In this document: positions 33,381-39,371 of the stretch, one piece after another
Position numbering within the stretch: position 1 is the stretch's first letter
Layout of the letters: every line of letters starts with the position of its first letter
IMG/VR virus record: IMGVR_UViG_3300050161_000160
Coordinates: 1-39,371 of that record
Reading direction: 5' to 3' (one strand)
Source of the DNA: a virus
Lineage: Duplodnaviria; Caudoviricetes
DNA length: 39,371 bases
Translations under genes and position numbers: made by a program
The notes under the pieces: model-generated
Databases searched by the model: none
What the model saw: only the letters and a program-made list of their open reading frames with translations
What the model was told of the DNA's origin: nothing

Positions 33381-33629
33381 CTAGTCCAGGAGCGCCGGAT
33401 ACTTGGCCTCTATCGCGCGGGCGGCCGTTACGAAGAGTTTGGCGGAAGTCTCGAAAACCACGGCCCCACCCTCCGGGAGGTTGAGCCGGAAGGCGATAGA
33501 CGGGGCGCCGCTCACCATGCCGGCGTCCAGGACAACCACGTCCACGTGGCCGTCATTGACGTGCACGTGCGGGCCCGTGAAAGGCGGCGGATCGCCCCGC
33601 CGGAGAAACTTGATAATCATTTGGATCAT
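33381..33629 (-). CDS. Hypothetical protein (82 aa)
   Basis: GAGGAG RBS; L..GM.SG.PS.A.R..LP.G..V..ETS..LF pattern. Confidence 0.7.
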   Translation of the reverse strand: MIQMIIKFLRRGDPPPFTGPHVHVNDGHVDVVVLDAGMVSGAPSIAFRLNLPEGGAVVFETSAKLFVTAARAIEAKYPALLD

Positions 33630-33644
33630 GGGGGCATTCTCCTC

Positions 33645-36152
33645 TTAGGCCACGAGGCCCATGGCGGGGCGCTTGAGTGCGCGGCGTTGCGATTCCTCAA
33701 AGGCGTCCTGGATGGCCTTGGCGGTCTGGAGCTGGAGCGAGAGGTGCGCCTCCCGGACATAGAGCCGCGGGCGCTTGCCCTCGCCGTCGAGGGGCACCAC
33801 GCACCGGCCGTCCGGCAAGCCAGGGTGCGGGACATAACCCAACGTGGCCAACATGGTGCGCCGTTTGGAGTGGCTCATCTTGACGCGGATATTCGACAAG
33901 AGCCGGTCCAGGTGGAGGCCGCACACCCAGCCACCGGCGAAGCCCTGGGCGTCGCTCTCGATAGCTTCCAGCACCTCTTGTTCCACGTTGCCCAGGCTCT
34001 CCTGGCGCGCGGCGGCCATGGAGCTCGTCTCGGGCGCGCGCTGGCAAATGCCCCGCGGATCATATCGGGCGTCCACTATGGCGTCATTGTGGAGCCAGTA
34101 GTTGACAACCTTTAGGCCGTAGTCCGCGCCCAGGTGCTCGTAAGCGTTGCGGCCATAAAGCCAGTCGTGAATATCGGCAAAATAGGCGCTATCCATCCCG
34201 GCCGGCGCCAGGTCGCGCTTGCTCTGCTGAGCGCAAAACAGGATCGCGTATCGCCGGTCCTCATCCGTGATCGGCACCGCGTCCCGGTGGTTTGTAAACA
34301 TGATGATGTTAGCGCGGTTGTCGCCGGTGGTTTGGTCCGCGCCTTTGCCCTCCAGGGCGAACCGGCGGTTAGTGATGATGTCTTTAATCTCTTCCAGGAA
34401 GTTGCGCTGGTCGCCTACGTAAATCTCTTCAAAACAAATGTAGAGATTGCCCTGGACCCATTTGTTGAATTGGAGCCCTGTTTTCTTGAGCGAGGCCGCG
34501 CGCGCAAAGTGCGTATAGCGGGAGCCCACCGCAAATTCCATCACGGTGTTAATGAGCGTTTTGCCGTTACCTTGGCACCCCTGGATAACCAGGGACCATT
34601 GATGTTTGGCCCCCGGGCTCCGCACGGACGCCGCCAGCCAGGCCGTGACGATGGCGCGGTCATTCTCATCCGGGAAGAGCTTGGCCAGGTGCCCCAGGAA
34701 TTTTGCCGGGTCGCCGGCGAGCTGGGGCGAGTTGGCCGGCACGTAGGTGTTGAGGTATCCGTCCGGGGTGAGCGAGCCCGGCGCCAGCTCGGGGCGAAAG
34801 CACGTGCTGAGCGCCACCGGCGGAGCAAAACATTGATTGCGGGTGAAGGCTTCCCAGGCGCTCTTCTCCGCCTTGCCCCCGTCCGCCCGGGTGATGAATT
34901 CACAACCCCCGTGCGTGATGTCAAAGCGGGCCTTGTCCTGGAGCGTGCCGTCCGCGCGCACCCAAACCCGATTGAGGTCTAGCACGTAGGTGCACCCGCC
35001 AAAGAACCGTTGTTGCTCGCTGGCGCTCATAAGGCCCACGCCGGCGCGCGCGCTCAGTACCACGGGCGCCGTTACCTCCGCGGCCGCCACCGTGGCCATG
35101 AGGGCCGGAGCGGCAAGCGGTGAGGCGGGCTGAGGCTGGAGCGGCACGCCCTGGGCGGCCATTGCGGCCGGCGCCGCCCCGGCGGCCAGCGGTTGCTGAA
35201 TGTCGCGCGGCTTGGCCACATTGCGCACCGTGGAGCACGCGCCCAAGATGGTGCGCTCCAAGTAGCCCGCGCGGGCTTCCCACTTGTCGCGCACCAGCGC
35301 GCTCCGGCGCATGAGGCGTTCCATGCGCTCGCAATTCTTCGCGGTCCAGTAGGCCAGGTGGGCGGCCAGGGCCGCGTCCGCTTCGGAGCGGTCATAGGCG
35401 CAATCCCCGCCCTGGCTCGGCCACCGCTTGGCGATCACGTCCGCGTCCGCGGTCCAGAGCGCCTCAAAGGGCACGTGGCGGTCACTGAAGGCGGCGGCGG
35501 CCGTATTCTTGCCAGACGCCAGCATAATGCGGATGAGCTCCTCATCATCCGCCGTAGGGCCCTCGCCGCCCACGCCCGCGTCCGTCCAGTCGGTCACGTC
35601 CCGGCTGGCACTGGTGCGCGGGAAAAAGCTGGAGACGACGCGCGCCAGGGGCTCGCTGGTGTCCGCGTCAATGGCGCCGGTGGTGCCGGCGTCCGTAAGG
35701 GCGACAAAGCGGCCGGTGTGGTAGAGCTCCAGGCCGAGCGGGATGTTACGGCAAGCGTGTTCCGGGATGGTGCTGGCCCACCCAAAGATATGGAGGCCGT
35801 TGCCGCTCTGGCTCACCTCACAAGCGGCGTGTCCCTGGAAGGCGGCCACCAGGCTGAGCGCAAGCGGGGTCCAGGAGCCGTCCGCGTTGCGGCAATTGTC
35901 GATGTCCAGGAACCAGTAGCCGTCCCCCTCCTGGAAGACATAGGCCACGCCCCGCCCCGCCCTCGTGGCCAGCTCCTGGGCTTCATCATAGGTGCACCAT
36001 GCCGCCTGGTTGAGCGGGCTTGTGGCATAGCCGGTGCGCGGGTCCACCGGCACCTTGCGGGGCTTGCTGGGGCGTGCCGGGTCTTCCTGGAGCGTCCAGT
36101 TGAGCCAACGGTGACATTGCGCGAGCGGCGCCAGGCTGGGGGAAAGAGCCAT
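33645..36152 (-). CDS. Primase-polymerase / SF3 helicase (NrS-1-like AEP, helix-bundle domain, DUF5906-like NTPase)
   Basis: KVP.DP.TG, FLDIDNC (DxD), EVSQSGNGLHI, LELY..GRFVALT; DRSEADAAL..HLAYWT...M.RLMR.S.L.RDKW; Walker A GCQGNGKT; FEEI; FTNH. Confidence 0.9.
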   Translation of the reverse strand: MALSPSLAPLAQCHRWLNWTLQEDPARPSKPRKVPVDPRTGYATSPLNQAAWCTYDEAQELATRAGRGVAYVFQEGDGYWFLDIDNCRNADGSWTPLALSLVAAFQGHAACEVSQSGNGLHIFGWASTIPEHACRNIPLGLELYHTGRFVALTDAGTTGAIDADTSEPLARVVSSFFPRTSASRDVTDWTDAGVGGEGPTADDEELIRIMLASGKNTAAAAFSDRHVPFEALWTADADVIAKRWPSQGGDCAYDRSEADAALAAHLAYWTAKNCERMERLMRRSALVRDKWEARAGYLERTILGACSTVRNVAKPRDIQQPLAAGAAPAAMAAQGVPLQPQPASPLAAPALMATVAAAEVTAPVVLSARAGVGLMSASEQQRFFGGCTYVLDLNRVWVRADGTLQDKARFDITHGGCEFITRADGGKAEKSAWEAFTRNQCFAPPVALSTCFRPELAPGSLTPDGYLNTYVPANSPQLAGDPAKFLGHLAKLFPDENDRAIVTAWLAASVRSPGAKHQWSLVIQGCQGNGKTLINTVMEFAVGSRYTHFARAASLKKTGLQFNKWVQGNLYICFEEIYVGDQRNFLEEIKDIITNRRFALEGKGADQTTGDNRANIIMFTNHRDAVPITDEDRRYAILFCAQQSKRDLAPAGMDSAYFADIHDWLYGRNAYEHLGADYGLKVVNYWLHNDAIVDARYDPRGICQRAPETSSMAAARQESLGNVEQEVLEAIESDAQGFAGGWVCGLHLDRLLSNIRVKMSHSKRRTMLATLGYVPHPGLPDGRCVVPLDGEGKRPRLYVREAHLSLQLQTAKAIQDAFEESQRRALKRPAMGLVA

Positions 36153-36161
36153 GACGCGCGC

Positions 36162-36452
36162 TTAGGTGTGGAGGAGGTGGTTGGCGGCTCGCTCTTGGAT
36201 GCCGCGGTCCGCGGCCAGAGCTACGGGGTGCTTGTCCAGCATCCCCTGGGCGATGATCGGCAAGAGCTCACGCTCCACCGCAACCTTCATCACGTGGTCC
36301 CGTAGCAAGTGAAATTCCCCCCAGTAGTGATTGACCAGGGCCGTGGAGCACCTTGCGCGCTCTGCTACGGCCGCACGTGTCATGTTGGCAAAGCCCTCCT
36401 CCAGGGCCACGCCAACGGCTGATTCCATTATTTGCTCTGCTCTAGCGTCCAT
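36162..36452 (-). CDS. TetR-like HTH protein
   Basis: ATG at 36452; QIMESAV.VA.EEGF..MTR.AVAERA.CS.ALV.HYW. Confidence 0.75.
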   Translation of the reverse strand: MDARAEQIMESAVGVALEEGFANMTRAAVAERARCSTALVNHYWGEFHLLRDHVMKVAVERELLPIIAQGMLDKHPVALAADRGIQERAANHLLHT

Positions 36453-36849
36453 GATGGCGTAACTCGTATGCGGGATTAACGATGCCGTCAACGGAGCTCA
36501 CGAAACAAGCATCCCCGCCGGCGGCGTTCACCAGGTCAATGAAGCGGAGCTGGGCTTGCTCTCGTGGCGTGGCGCCGTATTTCCAGCCCTCCGGCTTGCA
36601 CTCCCGGGCCACGAAAACGGCAATGCTCAGCCCCACCATATCTGGCGTGATGGTGACGGTGCGCCACCCGATCAAATCGGAGCTCTTGAAACGGTCATTC
36701 ACCGCCTTGCTATCGTTGGCGAGGCCGTAGCGGACGGGCACGCCCCGCTCATCTTTGAGCACCCCCACGTTGTTGCGAAAGAGGGTGAAGCCGTGGCGCG
36801 GCGCGGCCAGCCGGAGCCGGTCCTGGATATGGTCCTCAGAATGCGGCAT
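36442..36849 (-). CDS. VRR-NUC domain nuclease
   Basis: E..IQ, LFRNNVG, VRYGL, SDLIG, F...ECK, EQ.Q..FI..V..AGG.A.F motifs. Confidence 0.88.
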   Translation of the reverse strand: MPHSEDHIQDRLRLAAPRHGFTLFRNNVGVLKDERGVPVRYGLANDSKAVNDRFKSSDLIGWRTVTITPDMVGLSIAVFVARECKPEGWKYGATPREQAQLRFIDLVNAAGGDACFVSSVDGIVNPAYELRHHGR

Positions 36850-37333
36850 GAATTTTCTCCACAGCTTCCTTCAAGCGCCGGATATCCGCCGCGTGCTTGC
36901 GGGCGAGCGGCCGGCCCTTGCGGCGGTAAAGGCCCGCCACCAGCCGCGCCGCCTCGTCTCGCAAAGCCCGTGCCTCCTCCAGGGCGTCCTCCCGGTGGGC
37001 CACGTTCACCCGCGCCATGGCCCGGCCCAGGAGCTCGGCCGGGAATTCAAAGGGGTCCCCCAGCCGGGCCGAGACAAAGCCGCTCCAGAAATTCGCCGGC
37101 GTCACGCTGAGGATGGCCTGGTGCAAGGCGAGCCAGTCTTTGCGGCTGGAGCTGAGCAACCCCGTGGCCAGTTCCCGGCCGGTGCGCCGGTGGAAAATTC
37201 CCCAGCGATCCTCCGCGGGGCCGTGCCCACCGCCCAGGCGGCGCACCTCCGGCGGCCGTGCCACCGTTATGGGCCCCTCGCCCCAGCTCGCCCAGCTCAC
37301 GGGCTTGCCGCTGTCTGTCCAAATCTCAATCAT
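36836..37333 (-). CDS. Hypothetical protein (165 aa)
   Basis: ATGA overlap with the helicase stop; overlaps the VRR-NUC start. Confidence 0.65.
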   Translation of the reverse strand: MIEIWTDSGKPVSWASWGEGPITVARPPEVRRLGGGHGPAEDRWGIFHRRTGRELATGLLSSSRKDWLALHQAILSVTPANFWSGFVSARLGDPFEFPAELLGRAMARVNVAHREDALEEARALRDEAARLVAGLYRRKGRPLARKHAADIRRLKEAVEKIHAAF

Positions 37334-38976
37334 GCCAGAGCCTTTTCAATTTTGCCGGTGAGAGCCTCAGCGTCCCGGGCGTGGAGGGCCATGGCCTCCA
37401 GCGTGGATAGGCCAAAGCTGAAATAGAATGCGCGCTGGATGGCGCTGTCCGTGAGCCCCTTGGCTCGCTGGCGGCCGCCCCAAAGCGCCATGGCCGCGCG
37501 GAGCACGGGCTGGGCCTCCTGGCGCCGCTCGTGGTTGCGGAGCTGGACGTTGGCCACAATGGGGCCCCAGCGGTTGGCGGCCATTTCGCTCATCACGTCC
37601 GCCCGCGTGCGGTCCACTTCGTTGGCCGCCTGGCGGAGCCGGGCCAGCACCTCCGGCGAGAGCTCGGCCAGGTCGCCGTCCACGTGCTCCGGCGCGCTCC
37701 GTGCGGCCGGCTCCGGGTAGTGCCCGCAATAGGGGCATTCCCGATAGGTCCGCTCGTAGGGGCTCAGGCATTCGGGGCACACCCGGTAAGGGATGCCGTC
37801 CTCCCGCTTGCCGCGGCGCTCCCGGCTCGCCAGGCTAAATATCCGGGGTTTGTCGGGAGGCCCCTGGTGCCGGATCACGTTGCCGCAAAGGTCGATCACG
37901 AGGGCCCATATCTTACCATCCAGGGTGCGGAGCACGCGGCCGAATTGCTGGGCGAAGAGGGAATAGGACTGGGTGGGCCGGGCCAGGATGATGGCCTCAA
38001 TTGCCGGAAGGTCGAACCCTTCCGAAACGATGTCCACCGCCACGATTACGTCAATTTCCCGGCGCGCGAATTTCTTTAGCATCATCCGGCGGACATAGGC
38101 ATCCGTTTTGCCGGTGAGGCACTCGGCCCGGATGCCCGCGGCCTGGAATGCCAGCGTCATCTCCGTGGCCGTTTCCACGTCCGTGGTGAAGACAATGCAG
38201 AGCTTGCCGAAGGCCCATTTGCAGTAGGCTTTCACCACGTCGCCCACGATATGCGAACGTTTGGCGGCTTCGCGGAGTTGCTGGGTGGACCAGTCGCCGG
38301 AAGCGCCCACCTCGGCCAGCATCTCCAAATCCGTGGTGGGCGCGATGATGCGATAATCCGTGAGGAATTTCTCGTCTATGAGCCACCGCATAGGCGGCCC
38401 CTCCACCATGCAATCCGCCACGCCGGCACCGCCCAGCGCGGGGCGCCCCAGGCCCTTGCCGTCCGCGCGGCACGGGGTGGCCGTGGGCAGGAGGCCGCGC
38501 ACGTCGCGGTGCGTGAAAAGCGAGATGGCCCGGTGCCACTTGTTGTCCAGCACCAGGTGGTGGCCTTCGTCCACAACCCAAAGGGTGACGCGGCCGGCCC
38601 AGGCGGAGCAATCGGCCCGTACCAGGGTGTCCACGCTGGCCACGACGCAAGGCGCGTTGGCGTCCACGTAGGACCGGCCGAGCTCTTCCACGTGGAGCTT
38701 GGCGATAGCCCGCCGGACGGCATCGCTCCCCACGATATGATGGCGGATGCCGTAGCGGGCGAGCGTGACGGAGAGCTGGCCCACCAGCTCCGTGCGGTGC
38801 GCCATGACGCACGCGAAACCGCCGGCCATGAATTCCCGCACGATGTCCGAAAGCGTGACGGTCTTGCCCCCGCCGGTCGCAAGTTGCATGAGAACATTGC
38901 TCGCCCCCGCGTTCCATTCACGGAAAACGCTGGCTTTCAAGTCTCTTTGGAAGGGGCGGAGCGTTGGGGTGTTCAT
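37330..38976 (-). CDS. Superfamily 2 (DExH) helicase with C-terminal Zn ribbon
   Basis: LRPFQ, ATGGGKT, VDEGHH, TATPCR.DG, SEGFDLP, QQFGRVLR, CPEC...CPYCG. Confidence 0.95.
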   Translation of the reverse strand: MNTPTLRPFQRDLKASVFREWNAGASNVLMQLATGGGKTVTLSDIVREFMAGGFACVMAHRTELVGQLSVTLARYGIRHHIVGSDAVRRAIAKLHVEELGRSYVDANAPCVVASVDTLVRADCSAWAGRVTLWVVDEGHHLVLDNKWHRAISLFTHRDVRGLLPTATPCRADGKGLGRPALGGAGVADCMVEGPPMRWLIDEKFLTDYRIIAPTTDLEMLAEVGASGDWSTQQLREAAKRSHIVGDVVKAYCKWAFGKLCIVFTTDVETATEMTLAFQAAGIRAECLTGKTDAYVRRMMLKKFARREIDVIVAVDIVSEGFDLPAIEAIILARPTQSYSLFAQQFGRVLRTLDGKIWALVIDLCGNVIRHQGPPDKPRIFSLASRERRGKREDGIPYRVCPECLSPYERTYRECPYCGHYPEPAARSAPEHVDGDLAELSPEVLARLRQAANEVDRTRADVMSEMAANRWGPIVANVQLRNHERRQEAQPVLRAAMALWGGRQRAKGLTDSAIQRAFYFSFGLSTLEAMALHARDAEALTGKIEKALA

Positions 38977-38991
38977 AAATGCTTTGCGCTG

Positions 38992-39032
38992 TTGACGGCA
39001 TGGTCAATTGCTCATATTGACGCCTCAGTCAA
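38992..39032. promoter_or_regulatory. Divergent promoter region with two TTGAC-N6-GTCAA palindromes
   Basis: TTGACggcatgGTCAA at 38992-39007 and TTGACgcctcaGTCAA at 39017-39032, between the helicase ATG (38976, minus) and ATG 39053 (plus). Confidence 0.75.
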
Positions 39033-39052
39033 CGGCAGAAAGGGAAATAAAA

Positions 39053-39371
39053 ATGGGTATCTTGATCGAAGTTAACAGCGAAACGCTGTCCCCCGGAGAG
39101 GCGGCCGCGCTGGTCGCTTTCGTCACGGCGCTGCACCCGTCCGCAACGGCAATTGGCCGCGTGCTGGCCGCCGGCGAAGATGACGATGAGCGCCCCGCGG
39201 TTGCCCCGCCGGCGCCCGCTCCGCTCCTGGCCGGTGCCAGCCCGGCGGCAATGGCGGACGCGCTCATGGCGGCCGAGAGCGCCCGCGTGGCCAACCAGGC
39301 CCCGGCCCCCCTGCCCAACCCGGGTGGCGTGGAAGTCGATAGCGAGGGCCTCCCCTGGGATGGTCGTATCC
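39053..39371 (+). CDS. Conserved phage protein, 5' part only (D..GLPWD.RI motif)
   Basis: Not in the ORF track. AGAAAGGGA RBS; MGILIEVNSETLSP...VDSEGLPWDGRI, open to the window end. Confidence 0.75.
   Translation, partial: MGILIEVNSETLSPGEAAALVAFVTALHPSATAIGRVLAAGEDDDERPAVAPPAPAPLLAGASPAAMADALMAAESARVANQAPAPLPNPGGVEVDSEGLPWDGRI

Noticed and set aside
33645-38976. Intein or intron in primase, helicase or terminase
   Set aside because: Lengths are ordinary, motifs are contiguous, and no splice-junction or homing-endonuclease motifs were seen.

Overview
The window is about 39 kb of a GC-rich tailed phage with a contractile tail (myovirus). Its gene families and gene order resemble Bcep1/Bcep781/OP2-type phages: DUF1073 portal, DUF2213 protease, DUF2184 capsid, DUF4054, DUF3383 sheath, Gp138 spike and DUF2612. 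An alphaproteobacterial host is inferred from recurrent AGAAAGGG ribosome-binding sites and a DUF3768 gene. Layout: 1-26071 is one minus-strand packaging, head, tail and baseplate operon. 26180-26630 is a non-coding region with 11 ACTCCC iterons forming a ~320 bp mirror-symmetric element (probable origin), plus promoters. 26631-30816 is a plus-strand operon of small regulatory and accessory genes. 30750-33238 holds minus-strand small early genes with two duplicated operator-containing promoters. 33381-38976 is the replication module (NrS-1-like primase-polymerase/SF3 helicase, TetR-like HTH, VRR-NUC, SF2 helicase). A divergent gene starts at 39053. No integrase, endolysin, tRNA or CRISPR array was recognised inside the window. 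Most notable: (i) the portal is fused to a ~550 aa cargo ending in a HEXXH zincin, joined by a linker with three copies of an A-[MQN]-D motif that recurs in all head proteins and may mark prohead-protease sites; (ii) a four-gene probable head-fibre cassette between MuF and the protease, including a protein with five 17-aa repeats; (iii) an unannotated -1 frameshift tail chaperone, an internal scaffold start, a candidate anti-SD small RNA and tandem Rmf-like genes. All family assignments come from motif recognition and synteny, not from database searches.
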